Shown: positions 53,504-63,221, numbered from the stretch's first letter. The stretch is DNA of 64,000 nt from Reyranellaceae bacterium (GCA_022844045.1 JALHMM010000016.1:19806-83805), one strand, 5' to 3'. Notes: generated by a model not told the origin, from the sequence alone. Numbers and translations: made by a program.

Positions 53504-53653
53504 GGTCGGTCTCTCGGCGGCTGGTGAAGGCTGGTCCCGGGCGGCATCTTAGCCTGCCCATCCGGCGGGGGAAGCGCGGCGCGCTCCTCTTTCGGCGAGC
53601 CCACGCGAGTTGACGCCTGGGGAACTCCGCGAGCACGCGGGCTTTACCCTGGC

Positions 53654-53944
53654 ATGGCTTGGCGCGCACAACTGCTATCGATCGGCCTGACGATCGCAAC
53701 GTCGATGGCGTCCGTGCTGGCCGCCACATCGGGCGACATGCTGGTGGCTTCCGAGGTCGTCCGCGGCGAGAGCGCGCTGACCGTCGTGCGCTGCACCTAT
53801 GTCAGGGGACTGCGAAGCGAGACGCTGCATTTCGTGGTGACCCCGGAGGGCTCGAGCCATTGCGCATGGTCCCGACGTCGCGCCGCCGAGCAAAGCCCAT
53901 CGGCCGGCCATCATCCTCGGGGCCACACGCGGCCCCGAGGGTGA
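53654..53944 (+). CDS. hypothetical small protein with signal-like N-terminus
   Basis: MAWRAQLLSIGLTIATSMASVLAA. No recognisable motif and weak support. Confidence 0.3.
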   Translation: MAWRAQLLSIGLTIATSMASVLAATSGDMLVASEVVRGESALTVVRCTYVRGLRSETLHFVVTPEGSSHCAWSRRRAAEQSPSAGHHPRGHTRPRG

Positions 53945-54007
53945 CAGGTCGATCCGCATAGCCAGCCGCCCGCCGCGATGGTGCGCGGCGGGCGACGGCG
54001 TATGTCC

Positions 54008-54181
54008 CTACTGCCGTTGGCCGCCCTTCTGCGGCTCCTGGTCCTTGTCGAAGCCCGGCCGCTTGCCGCTCTCGTTCTGCTTCTGCTGATCCTGGCGCTG
54101 CTGCTGCTCGCGCTGGCGCTGCTGCTCCTGCTGCTCCTGCTGATCCTGCTTCTGGTCGGGCTTCTGGTTCGGGTTGTTCAT
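54008..54181 (-). CDS. 57-aa highly hydrophilic Q/E/K/R-rich small protein (not in ORF track)
   Basis: My own translation is MNNPNQKPDQKQDQQEQQEQQRQREQQQRQDQQKQNESGKRPGFDKDQEPQKGGQRQ. GAGGAG lies 6 nt upstream of the ATG at 54181. Confidence 0.5.
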   Translation of the reverse strand: MNNPNQKPDQKQDQQEQQEQQRQREQQQRQDQQKQNESGKRPGFDKDQEPQKGGQRQ

Positions 54182-54361
54182 GGGCTACTCCTCGGGGTTA
54201 GCGGCGAACTGGCCGCGCTATTGAAACTCGCCGCAATCGCGATCGTTGCCGATTCTCCCCGCTTGCGGCGAGGCCACCAACGCGTGCCGAGGACAGCAAA
54301 AAGCTGGTCGCCCAGGGAACAGCGGTCGCCTCGCCGCGTTACGCACGCCAGGCCCAAGTCA

Positions 54362-55507
54362 ATGCCCAGGCCCAAGTCAATGCAACGCCCTCTTCTGATC
54401 GACGAACCGCCCCCGACGGATACACCGCCGCCGGACGACGATCCCATGCCGTTGCCCAGCAACCCCGTGGCGATGCTGCTCGCCGGGATTTTCGGCTTGC
54501 TCGCCATCTACGCGCTGTGGGTGACCGCCGAGGTCGCGATCCCCATGGTCATGGCGTTCATGCTGTACCTGGTGCTGCAGCCGGCGATCCGCCTTCTGGA
54601 GCGCCATCATCTGCCGCGCCCGTTGGCCGCGGTGCTGGTGCTGGTCACGCTGTGCGGCGGCGTCGCCATGCTCACGATCATGCTCGTCAACCCGGTGTCG
54701 GCCTGGGCCGCGCGGCTGCCGGCCACGCTCGACAGGGTCGAGGAGCGTTTTTCCGACGTCACCCGCATCGTCAAGCAGGTGCAGCGCGCCGGCCGCCAGG
54801 TCGAAGCCAAGATCGCGACGGATTCTCCCGTCACGCCGGTCACCGTGCAGGGCCCGACGCTGTCGACCCAACTGCTGACCGGCACGCGCGAGCTGGTCGT
54901 CAGCCTGCTCACGATCATCATGCTGCTCTTCTTCCTGCTGCTGTCGGGCGACATCTTCCTGCGCCGGCTGGTCGAGGTGCTACCGACGCTCACCAACAAG
55001 AAACAGGCGGTGGAGATCACGACCGAGATCCGCACCGGCGTGTCGGCCTACCTGCTGACCATCACCTCGATGAACGTGGCGGTCGGGGTCGCCACGGGCC
55101 TGGCGGCCTGGGCCTGTGGGCTGCCCGATGCCGTGCTGTGGGGCAGCGTCGCGTTCTTTTGCAACTACATCCCGTTCCTCGGCCCGCTGCTGTGCGGCGG
55201 CCTGCTGCTGATGCTCGGGATCGCGACGTTCGACGATGCCTGGCTGGCCGTCCTGCCGTTCCTGCTCTACTACGCCATCCACCTGATCGAGAGCCAGTTC
55301 ATCACCCCGCTGCTGCTGGCGCGGCGCTTCATCCTCAATCCGGTGATCGTCATCGTGTCGATCGTCTTCTGGTACTGGATGTGGGGCATTTCCGGCGCGG
55401 TGCTGGCGGTGCCGGTGCTGGCCACGATCAAGATCGTCTGCGACCGCATCCGCGGCCTGGCCGCCTTCGGCCACTTCCTGGCGGCGGAGCGACGCGCCAC
55501 CCCATGA
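54362..55507 (+). CDS. AI-2E family (PerM/YhhT-like) transporter
   Basis: Multi-pass hydrophobic protein with an NYIPFLGP motif. Start at 54362 or 54380. The two ATGs arise from an 18-bp tandem duplication. Confidence 0.8.
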   Translation: MPRPKSMQRPLLIDEPPPTDTPPPDDDPMPLPSNPVAMLLAGIFGLLAIYALWVTAEVAIPMVMAFMLYLVLQPAIRLLERHHLPRPLAAVLVLVTLCGGVAMLTIMLVNPVSAWAARLPATLDRVEERFSDVTRIVKQVQRAGRQVEAKIATDSPVTPVTVQGPTLSTQLLTGTRELVVSLLTIIMLLFFLLLSGDIFLRRLVEVLPTLTNKKQAVEITTEIRTGVSAYLLTITSMNVAVGVATGLAAWACGLPDAVLWGSVAFFCNYIPFLGPLLCGGLLLMLGIATFDDAWLAVLPFLLYYAIHLIESQFITPLLLARRFILNPVIVIVSIVFWYWMWGISGAVLAVPVLATIKIVCDRIRGLAAFGHFLAAERRATP

Positions 55508-55526
55508 CGAGCCACGCGACGCGGCC

Positions 55527-55814
55527 GTGATGGACCGGCTCGACGCCTGCCCCTTCTGTCACGAAGTTGTCGCCCGGCCGGCGCGCGAGGGCGCCGAGCG
55601 ATTTGTGACCTGCGGCGCCTGCGGCGCACGCGGACCCCGCAAGACCACGCCCGAAGATGCGGCCAAGGCCTGGAATACCCGGCGCGCCGGCGGCGCCGGG
55701 ACATCGCGGCCACAAGCTCCGGACAATCCGGCGCCCGACAATGCGCGGCAAGCCGCCGAGACGGGCCCGATCCCGCTGCTCGGCGGCGACATCGAAGAAC
55801 CCGACAAGGGCTGA
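55527..55814 (+). CDS. Lar family restriction alleviation protein
   Basis: Carries CPFCH...VTCGACGARGP...AAKAWNTR, the pattern of the Lar family. Confidence 0.6.
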   Translation: MMDRLDACPFCHEVVARPAREGAERFVTCGACGARGPRKTTPEDAAKAWNTRRAGGAGTSRPQAPDNPAPDNARQAAETGPIPLLGGDIEEPDKG

Positions 55815-55919
55815 TGCAGCGGGGCCAGACGCCTTGCCCGGCTGGAGATCGTCCAGGAACGGATAGCCCTGGGCGAGGCCCTCACAGATCGCAGGCAACC
55901 AAGTCGGATCCCCGGCGTT

Positions 55920-57455
55920 ATGTCCAACCAGCAAACGGAGTTGGGAGCGATGGAGGCTGAAGAGAGCAATGTGGGCAATACCGGGACGGGGATAACTGGT
56001 CTGGATGAAGTGCTCGCCGGCGGCCTGTCGGCGGGCAACGTGTTCCTGCTCGAAGGCAATCCCGGTACCGGCAAGACGACCATCGCGCTCAGCTTCCTGT
56101 TGCAGGGTGCGGCCCGTGGCGAGAAGGGCCTCTACATCACGCTGTCGGAGACCGAGAAGGAGTTGCGCGCGAGCGCGCGCTCGCACGGTTGGACGATCGA
56201 CGAGCACATCGATGTCTTCGAGGTCGTGCCGCCGGAGAATCTGCTCGACGAGGATCATCATCAGAGCCTGCTCTATTCATCCGATCTCGAGCTCGGCGAG
56301 ACCGTCAAGCTGATCCTGGAGGCCTTCGAGCGCACCAGGCCGCGGCGCGTTGTGCTCGACAGCCTCTCGGAGATCCGCCTGCTGGCGCAGGGCTCGTTGC
56401 GCTACCGCCGCCAGATCCTCGCCCTCAAGCATTTCTTTTCGCGGCGCGACACGACGGTGCTGCTGCTCGACGACCTGACCGCCGACACGCTCGACAAGAC
56501 GGTCCACAGCATCGTGCACGGCGTTATCCAGCTGCAGGAGATGGCGCCCGAATACGGCGCCGAGCGGCGTCGTCTGCGCATCTCGAAGTATCGCGGACGG
56601 CGCTATCGTGGTGGCTACCACGACTTCAAGATCCACACCGGCAGCGTGGCGGTCTATCCGCGCCTCGTCTCGTCGGAGTATCGTACGAAGTTCAAGCGAA
56701 ACCAGCTGACAACGGGGATCGACGAGCTCGACAAGCTGCTGGGCGGCGGCATCGAGCAGGGTTCGAGCACGCTGGTGCTCGGCCCGGCCGGCACGGGCAA
56801 GAGCCTGTTGGTACTGCGGCTCATGACGGCCGCCATCGCCCGCGGGGAGAAAGCCGCGTTCTTCGTCTTCGACGAGGAACTCGGTCTGCTGTTCGACCGC
56901 ATGAGAGCACTGGGTACCGACCTCGAGGCGCTGCGCGACAGCGGCGCCCTGCACATCGAGCAGATCGACGCCGCCGAGCTGGCGCCGGGGGAGTTCGCTC
57001 ACCGCGTGCGAAAAAGGGTCGAGGAGGCGCGGGCCAAGACGGTCGTGATCGACAGCCTCAACGGCTACCAGGCGGCGATGCCCGAGGAGAACGCGCTCAT
57101 TCTTCACGTCCACGAGCTGCTTCAATACCTCAACCGGCAGGGTGTCTCGACCTTCCTGACCGTGGCGCAGCACGGCCTGGTCGGCGACATGAAGTCGCCC
57201 TTCGACATCACCTACCTCGCCGACACCGTGATCCTGCTGCGCTATTTCGAGGCCATGGGGAAGGTTCGCCGGGCGATCTCCGTGGTCAAGAAGCGCACCG
57301 GCGCGCATGAGGACACCATTCGCGAGTTCCGGATCGGCCACGGCGGGCTGACGCTGGGCGCGCCGCTGACGGACTTCCAGGGCGTCCTGCGTGGCGTGCC
57401 GAGCTTCGTGGGGCAGCCCGCGCCGTTCCCGCGGCAACCGAACGAAAGCGAGTAA
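55920..57455 (+). CDS. kaiC: KaiC homologue (double RecA-like ATPase)
   Basis: Two Walker A motifs (GNPGTGKT and GPAGTGKS) and two Walker B-like motifs (VVLDSL and VVIDSL). Confidence 0.85.
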   Translation: MSNQQTELGAMEAEESNVGNTGTGITGLDEVLAGGLSAGNVFLLEGNPGTGKTTIALSFLLQGAARGEKGLYITLSETEKELRASARSHGWTIDEHIDVFEVVPPENLLDEDHHQSLLYSSDLELGETVKLILEAFERTRPRRVVLDSLSEIRLLAQGSLRYRRQILALKHFFSRRDTTVLLLDDLTADTLDKTVHSIVHGVIQLQEMAPEYGAERRRLRISKYRGRRYRGGYHDFKIHTGSVAVYPRLVSSEYRTKFKRNQLTTGIDELDKLLGGGIEQGSSTLVLGPAGTGKSLLVLRLMTAAIARGEKAAFFVFDEELGLLFDRMRALGTDLEALRDSGALHIEQIDAAELAPGEFAHRVRKRVEEARAKTVVIDSLNGYQAAMPEENALILHVHELLQYLNRQGVSTFLTVAQHGLVGDMKSPFDITYLADTVILLRYFEAMGKVRRAISVVKKRTGAHEDTIREFRIGHGGLTLGAPLTDFQGVLRGVPSFVGQPAPFPRQPNESE

Positions 57456-57532
57456 GGACCATTTCCGATGCGGCCTCCACTGCCCTGATCTTCGCGCCCC
57501 TCGGGCGGGACGCGGAGGTCGCGCGCGGCCTG

Positions 57533-59506
57533 TTGCGGGAGGCCGGTGTCGCCGCGGCGATCTGCGGCGATCTCGCGACGCTGGAGCGCGCCATCAACGA
57601 CAGCACCGCCTTCGTCCTGCTGACCGAGGAGGCGATGGTAGGCGGCGACCTGCGGGGCATCGCAACGTGGCTCGCGGCGCAGCCGGCTTGGTCCGATCTG
57701 CCGTTCATCGTGCTGACGCGTCGCGGCGGCGATGTCGAGCGCAATCCCGCCGCCGCCCGGGTCTCCCAGGTGCTGGGCAACGTCACGTTCCTCGAGCGTC
57801 CGTTCCATCCCACGAGCTTCGTCAGCCTCGCCCGCACCGCCGTGCGCAGCCGCCTGCGCCAGTTCGAGGCGCGCACGCGCATGCGGGAGCTGGTCGAAGG
57901 CGAGCAGCGCCTGCAGACCGCGCTCCTCGCCGGGCGATTGGGATCGTGGGAGTTCGACGTGGCCAGCCGGCGCGTGACGGCGTCGGACGCGTTCAAGGCG
58001 CTGTTCGGCCGCCAGCCGCACGAAAGCCCGACCTACGACGATCTGGTGAGCAGCATCCACCCCGAGGATCGATCGTGGTCGCAGGACGCGATGCGCCGCT
58101 CGATCGCCAGCGGTGGCGACTACACCATCGAGTATCGCACGGTCTGGCGCGACGGCAGCGTGCGCTGGGCCGAGATCAGGGCGCGGGTGGTGCGCGACGC
58201 GGGAAACGGACCGCGCCTGATCGGCGTGTCGGCCGACATCACCGAGCGCAAGACCGCCGAGGAGCGTCTGCGCCAGCTCAACGAGACGCTGGAGGAGCGC
58301 GTCGCCGAACGTACCCGGGCGCTGGAAGACGCGCATCGCGTCGTCGTGGCCGAGATCACCCAGCGCGAGCGGGCCGAGAACCAGCTTCGCCAGGCGCAGA
58401 AGATGGAGATGATCGGCCAGCTCACCGGCGGCATCGCGCATGACTTCAACAATCTGCTGATGGCGGTGCTCGGCAATCTCGAGATGCTGCGCAAGTACGT
58501 CCCCGGCGATGCGCGCGCGAATCGGCTGATCGAGGGTGCCTCGCAGGGCGCGCAGCGCGGCGCCGTCCTGACTCAGCGGCTGCTCGCCTTCGCACGCCAG
58601 CAGGAGCTGCGGGCGGAGCCGAGTGACGTCGCCGCGCTGGTGCGCGGCATGACCGACCTGCTGTCGCGCTCGATCGGCACGCGAGTCGAGCTGACGATCG
58701 ACGTGCCGGACGACCTGCCGAACGCGATGATCGACGGCAACCAGGTCGAGCTGGCGCTGCTCAACCTCGCCGTCAACGCGCGCGACGCCATGCCCGATGG
58801 CGGCTCGCTGGCGATCAGGGCGGAGGCAGTCGACAACAGCGCCGGCGGCGATCTCGCGCCGGGTCGCTACATCCGCCTGTCGGTGGCGGACACGGGGTGT
58901 GGCATGGATGCCGAGACACTGGCCAAGGCGACCGAGCCCTTCTTCTCGACGAAGGAGGTCGGCAAGGGAACCGGGCTCGGCCTGTCGATGGTCCACGGCC
59001 TGGCCGTCCAGCTCGGCGGCGCGTTGCGCCTCACCAGCCAATTGGGCAAAGGCACGGTGGCGGAACTCTGGCTGCCGGTCACCGACAGCCCCGTCTCGGG
59101 CCAGGAAGACGCATGCGCCATGGCCCCTCGACTGGACCCTGCGCGCGGCTTGAAAGTGCTTGTCGTCGACGACGACGTGCTGATTTCGATGAGCACGGCG
59201 GACATGCTTCAGGACCTCGGGCACGACGCGATCGAGGTCAATTCGGGCGAGCGCGCGCTCGAGGTCTTGGCGCAGGGCACGCCCGTGGACCTGATCATCA
59301 CCGATTTTTCGATGCCGCGGATGACAGGCGCCGAGCTGGCCGTCAAAGTGCGCGAAATGCGCCCCACCCTGCCGATTCTTCTGGCGACCGGCTATGCCGA
59401 AACGCCTGCCGGTCCCGACCTTCCCCGCCTGTCAAAACCCTATCAGCAGGCCCAGCTTGGCGAGGAGATCGTGAAACTGATGACCGGTCGCGTCCGCCAG
59501 TCTTGA
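57533..59506 (+). CDS. hybrid sensor histidine kinase/response regulator (pseudo-receiver, PAS, HisKA, HATPase_c, REC)
   Basis: H-box [12 protein letters not shown]-box [12 protein letters not shown]-boxes DTGCGM and GTGLGLS, receiver VLVVDDD...[10 protein letters not shown]. The true start probably lies upstream at a non-ATG/GTG/TTG codon such as CTG 57485, because the in-frame [18 protein letters not shown] continues the N-terminal domain. Confidence 0.85.
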   Translation: MREAGVAAAICGDLATLERAINDSTAFVLLTEEAMVGGDLRGIATWLAAQPAWSDLPFIVLTRRGGDVERNPAAARVSQVLGNVTFLERPFHPTSFVSLARTAVRSRLRQFEARTRMRELVEGEQRLQTALLAGRLGSWEFDVASRRVTASDAFKALFGRQPHESPTYDDLVSSIHPEDRSWSQDAMRRSIASGGDYTIEYRTVWRDGSVRWAEIRARVVRDAGNGPRLIGVSADITERKTAEERLRQLNETLEERVAERTRALEDAHRVVVAEITQRERAENQLRQAQKMEMIGQLTGGIAHDFNNLLMAVLGNLEMLRKYVPGDARANRLIEGASQGAQRGAVLTQRLLAFARQQELRAEPSDVAALVRGMTDLLSRSIGTRVELTIDVPDDLPNAMIDGNQVELALLNLAVNARDAMPDGGSLAIRAEAVDNSAGGDLAPGRYIRLSVADTGCGMDAETLAKATEPFFSTKEVGKGTGLGLSMVHGLAVQLGGALRLTSQLGKGTVAELWLPVTDSPVSGQEDACAMAPRLDPARGLKVLVVDDDVLISMSTADMLQDLGHDAIEVNSGERALEVLAQGTPVDLIITDFSMPRMTGAELAVKVREMRPTLPILLATGYAETPAGPDLPRLSKPYQQAQLGEEIVKLMTGRVRQS

Positions 59507-59542
59507 CCGCCGCGCATCGGCTCGGTCGGTGTCCGGGAGAGC

Positions 59543-59734
59543 TCAGGAGGCGGCGCAATACTGTCTTTGGCAGGCCTGCCGCTCAAGCTCGTCGGCCTCA
59601 GCCTCGAGCGCGTCCGCATAGGTTCCGAGATCGGCCCTGTCCGACTGAAGGGCGAGTTGACGCGACAGACGGCGCGCGCGCGCCGCGGCGGCGCGGCGGT
59701 CGTTGATTCGGCGACGTAGTGTTTCCTGATCCAT
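59543..59734 (-). CDS. hypothetical small coiled-coil protein
   Basis: Start at MDQETLRRRI, with ggag 8 nt upstream. Confidence 0.4.
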   Translation of the reverse strand: MDQETLRRRINDRRAAAARARRLSRQLALQSDRADLGTYADALEAEADELERQACQRQYCAAS

Positions 59735-59859
59735 TACGCCTACTCCATCGCTGATGCCGCACACCTCCGTCTTCGCGGCAACCGTAACGCAACAATGGCA
59801 CTGGCCCCCGTCGGTTCCATCCAGGGCCGTGCCTTACTTTCAGTCAATTTGGCAACGGC

Positions 59860-60813
59860 CTAGCGCACGAAGGTATTGCGCACACGGCGCGACAGCAGGA
59901 AGTAGCCCAGCCCGATGGCGGTCACGGCGAGCGGCGGGTACAGCAGCCACCAGGGCAGCTCCATGAAGTCGCCATCGCCGACGGTCAGTCGGGTACCGTC
60001 GGCCATCCACGGCAAGCCGCCCAGCGCGAGCAGCCAGAGGCAGTAACCGAGGCGCGCGCGCCGCGAGCGGCGGAAATGCAGCCACAGGACGATGACGGAC
60101 AGCGCCGCCACGGCCGCTATCGTCAACGGCAACACGACGAGCCCGGCCCGAATCACGTCCGCCGGGTACTCGCTCAGCACGTCGATGAGCCTGGCGAATC
60201 CCAATGTCGCGATATAGCCCAGCCCGACAGCCAGCAGCACCAGCGCCACCAGCCAGACGATGAGCAAGCCACCCAATCCAACGGGCTCCGCGCGTGGTGC
60301 CGGCGCGGGAGCGGATGTGGGTGTAGGTGCGGGTGCAGGCGAGGGTGTCGGGGCCGGCGCGGGCGGCGGAATGATCGGCGCCGCCGGCGCGTCTGTCAGG
60401 CCGACCCATGACGCCTCGCCGGATGACGCCGACGGCGGCGCCCGGCGCTCGACCACCATCGAGGTCGTTTCGGGCGCTGGGTAGGTCGACGGCAGGGCGC
60501 CGCGACCGCCGGCGAAGGCCACGGCGCGCAGCACCGGCACCATGATCGCCTTGCGGATGCCGAGGTCGGTGTCGACGCGCTCGGCATAGCGGTCGATCTC
60601 GAAGTCGATCCGGTCGAGCCGGGCCGCGCCGATCGCGCGCATCGCGCCATTGTCGATGGCGATCCCGACCAGCCGGATCTGACGCGCCGCCCCCGGCAGG
60701 TTGTCGGACAGCAGGGCCGTCACCCGGCGCCGATCCTCGAGCGCGCCCTCGCCCAGGCGCGCGCGGATATCGGCCAGCGTCTTCGCCAGGGCGTCGTGGA
60801 TGTCGTCGGCCAT
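59860..60813 (-). CDS. hypothetical membrane protein with Pro/Ala-rich linker
   Basis: Start at MADDIHDAL. A soluble N-domain, then a PAPAPTPSPAPAPTPTSAPAPAP linker, then four hydrophobic segments. Confidence 0.6.
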   Translation of the reverse strand: MADDIHDALAKTLADIRARLGEGALEDRRRVTALLSDNLPGAARQIRLVGIAIDNGAMRAIGAARLDRIDFEIDRYAERVDTDLGIRKAIMVPVLRAVAFAGGRGALPSTYPAPETTSMVVERRAPPSASSGEASWVGLTDAPAAPIIPPPAPAPTPSPAPAPTPTSAPAPAPRAEPVGLGGLLIVWLVALVLLAVGLGYIATLGFARLIDVLSEYPADVIRAGLVVLPLTIAAVAALSVIVLWLHFRRSRRARLGYCLWLLALGGLPWMADGTRLTVGDGDFMELPWWLLYPPLAVTAIGLGYFLLSRRVRNTFVR

Positions 60814-60908
60814 TTGGGGGCCATGGTCAGGTGGCGTCGCGCGCGACACGCGACCGGGCCGGCTCATGGTAGCGCGCCGGCAGGCCACTATGAAGCCCCG
60901 CCCCGAAA

Positions 60909-60950
60909 CGCGGCGAGGGATCCAGAACGACCCTGGATCCCTCGCGTCTG
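60909..60950. repeat. partial REP-like element (family 3)
   Basis: cgcggcgagggatccag...ctggatccctcgcgtctg. Confidence 0.5.
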
Positions 60951-60968
60951 AGGCTATGACGAGGCGCG

Positions 60969-61241
60969 CTAGCGCAGCGGCAGTGTAACGCCGAAATGTA
61001 CGCTGCCCGGGCCGGGATAGACCGGGTAGACCGGCTGCGGCGGCGGGTAGTACACCCGCGGCGGCGGCGCGTAGTAATAGGCCGGCGGTGCGACGTAGAC
61101 CGGCTGCGCCGGCACCACGATATAGGAGTGCGGCCGCCACTTCTTGCCGCGTCCGCCTTCGCCACCTTCGGCGGTCGTGGCCAGCGTCGACGCAGCCCCG
61201 ATCATACCGACGAGCAACCCGGCTTTCCTGGCGATCGACAT
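60969..61241 (-). CDS. small secreted Pro/Tyr-rich protein
   Basis: AAGGAGG RBS. A signal-like MSIARKAGLLVGMIGAASTLATTA followed by PAQPVYVAPPAYYYAPPPRVYYPPPQPVYPVYPGPG. Confidence 0.6.
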   Translation of the reverse strand: MSIARKAGLLVGMIGAASTLATTAEGGEGGRGKKWRPHSYIVVPAQPVYVAPPAYYYAPPPRVYYPPPQPVYPVYPGPGSVHFGVTLPLR

Positions 61242-61373
61242 GATGCGAAACCTCCTTGCCTTGTCTTCCACCCGCTAAGTTGGCCATCGAATACGGCCGA
61301 AATGTGCGCGATGCCATGCGTGATCGCCGGGGCCGTTCTGTGGCCACATTTCGTCGAAGATGATGCGCATACG

Positions 61374-62750
61374 ATGAACGAGTTCCCTTTCGCCAGCGCA
61401 CTGCCCGACATGGCGATGCCCGCCGCTATCTCGCCGCGCGGCATGGCCAGCCTGTCCTTCCTGTTCCAGCTCGAGCGCAGCCAGTGGTGGCCGCCCGAGC
61501 GGCTGCGCCACGGCCAGCAGGCGCAATTGCGGCGCCTGCTCGCGCACGCCGACGCGCACGTGCCGTTCTGGCGCGGCCGCCTTCGCCCTCTCATAGACGC
61601 GCCGCAGGGCGAGGCTTTCTGGGCGCGCTGGCGCGAGCTGCCGCCGCTCACGCGCCGGCAGATCCAGGACGCCGGCGACGCGCTGATAAGCCCCGCCATG
61701 CCCGAGGGCCATGGCGATCTGTCGGAGATCTTCACGTCAGGCTCGACCGGCCAGCCGATCCGCGCCGTACGCTCGGAACTATGGGAACTGCTGTGGAGCG
61801 CCTTCACGGTGCGCGAGCATCTCTGGCACGCGCGCGATCTGTCGGCGAAGCTCGCGGTGATCCGCTATTCCGACAAGGGCAAGGCGCTGTGGCCCGACGG
61901 CAAGCGCTACGACAGCTGGGGTTTCTCGACCGGCGACATCTTCAAGACCGGTCCCTGTGTCAGTCTCAACATCACCACGCCGATCGAACGGCAGCTCGAC
62001 TGGCTCGAGCGCGAGGCGCCCGATTACCTGCTGACGCATCCCACGCTGCTCGACCGCCTGCTGCGCGCCTCAGGCGACTTCCGGCCGGCGCGGCTGAAGC
62101 AGGTGCTGACCATTTCGGAGATCCTGGCGCCCGGCCTGCGCGCGCTCTGCCGCGAGCGCTGGGGCGTGCCGGTCATCGACACCTACTCGACGCGCGAATG
62201 CGGCTACCTCGCCTTCCAGTGTCCGGAACACGCGCACTATCACCTGCAGGCCGAGAGCGCGCTGATCGAGATCGTCGACGAAAGCGGCGCGGCCGTGCCA
62301 TCAGGCGCGATCGGCCGCGTCCTCGTCACGCCGCTGCACAATCTCGCCATGCCGCTGCTGCGCTACGACCTCGGCGACTACGCCCAGACCGGCGACGGCG
62401 CCTGCTCCTGCGGTCGCGGCCTGCCGGTGATCACCAGCATCCTCGGCCGGCGCCAGAACCTCCTGCGCCTGCCCGACGGCGGCGAACGCTGGCCTCTGCT
62501 GTCCTCCGGCGACATCGGCGCGCTCATGGCTGTGGCGCCGATCCGCCACTACCAGGTCGCGCAGACCGCGCTCGACCGCATCGAGCTGCGCCTGCAGACC
62601 GCGCGACCGCTGACCGAGGTCGAGAGCGCCAAGGTGCTGGATTGGGCACGGGTGAAGTTCGGTGCCGGTTTCCACTTCGACCTAGCCTTCCCGGCCGAGC
62701 TGGAACGCAGCGCGGCGGGGAAGTTCGAGGATTTCGTGTCGCTGCTTTGA
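61374..62750 (+). CDS. phenylacetate-CoA ligase family (PaaK/F390 synthetase-like) adenylate-forming enzyme
   Basis: Start at MNEFPF. Carries the FTSGSTGQP AMP-binding motif, YSTRECG and GRRQN. Confidence 0.8.
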   Translation: MNEFPFASALPDMAMPAAISPRGMASLSFLFQLERSQWWPPERLRHGQQAQLRRLLAHADAHVPFWRGRLRPLIDAPQGEAFWARWRELPPLTRRQIQDAGDALISPAMPEGHGDLSEIFTSGSTGQPIRAVRSELWELLWSAFTVREHLWHARDLSAKLAVIRYSDKGKALWPDGKRYDSWGFSTGDIFKTGPCVSLNITTPIERQLDWLEREAPDYLLTHPTLLDRLLRASGDFRPARLKQVLTISEILAPGLRALCRERWGVPVIDTYSTRECGYLAFQCPEHAHYHLQAESALIEIVDESGAAVPSGAIGRVLVTPLHNLAMPLLRYDLGDYAQTGDGACSCGRGLPVITSILGRRQNLLRLPDGGERWPLLSSGDIGALMAVAPIRHYQVAQTALDRIELRLQTARPLTEVESAKVLDWARVKFGAGFHFDLAFPAELERSAAGKFEDFVSLL

Positions 62751-62918
62751 GCTCATCGGCCCAGGGAACAATTGATTTCTTATTTTCCGAAAAATACTGT
62801 TGACTTAATTTTCCCCTTTTGCGAATATCCATCCGTGCCGGCGAGCCCCCTCGATTAACGCCGCCGGCCAGAGGGGACAGGGGTCCCGGGCATAACCTCC
62901 CCCACGCCCGGGACCCCG

Positions 62919-63218
62919 ATGTCCTCTGCCCCTTCCTCTCTCGCGGATGGCTCCGAGGCGCGTGACATGCTGGACACCGATCGGGCGGCGATGGCCGCCA
63001 GGCTCGAGGCGCTCGAGCGGGTGATCGACGGGGCGCGTCACATCGCGCCCTACCGCGGCGAGCTCGCCGATCCGAACGAGCAGGACGCCGCCGCCCGCCT
63101 CGACCGTCTGCTGCGCGACGCCATCCGCGAGTCCTCGGCGCTGCGCAAGCGCTTGGGCCTGCCGACGCCGTCGGAGCGTGTGGCGATCGGCTGCGTCGCG
63201 GTATGGCCGGCGCTGTGA
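62919..63218 (+). CDS. hypothetical protein (start uncertain)
   Basis: First gene of a tightly packed three-gene string downstream of an AT-rich promoter-like region (TTGACT at 62801, 17-nt spacer, GAATAT). Confidence 0.4.
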   Translation: MSSAPSSLADGSEARDMLDTDRAAMAARLEALERVIDGARHIAPYRGELADPNEQDAAARLDRLLRDAIRESSALRKRLGLPTPSERVAIGCVAVWPAL

Positions 63219-63221
63219 GCG

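Noticed and set aside
57242-59224. 660-aa minus-strand ORF antisense to the histidine kinase gene, and the 581-aa plus-strand ORF at 24275..26020 antisense to the D-aminoacylase gene
   Set aside because: Both are shadow ORFs with low-complexity Arg/Ala/Gly/Asp composition opposite genes that carry clear catalytic motifs.
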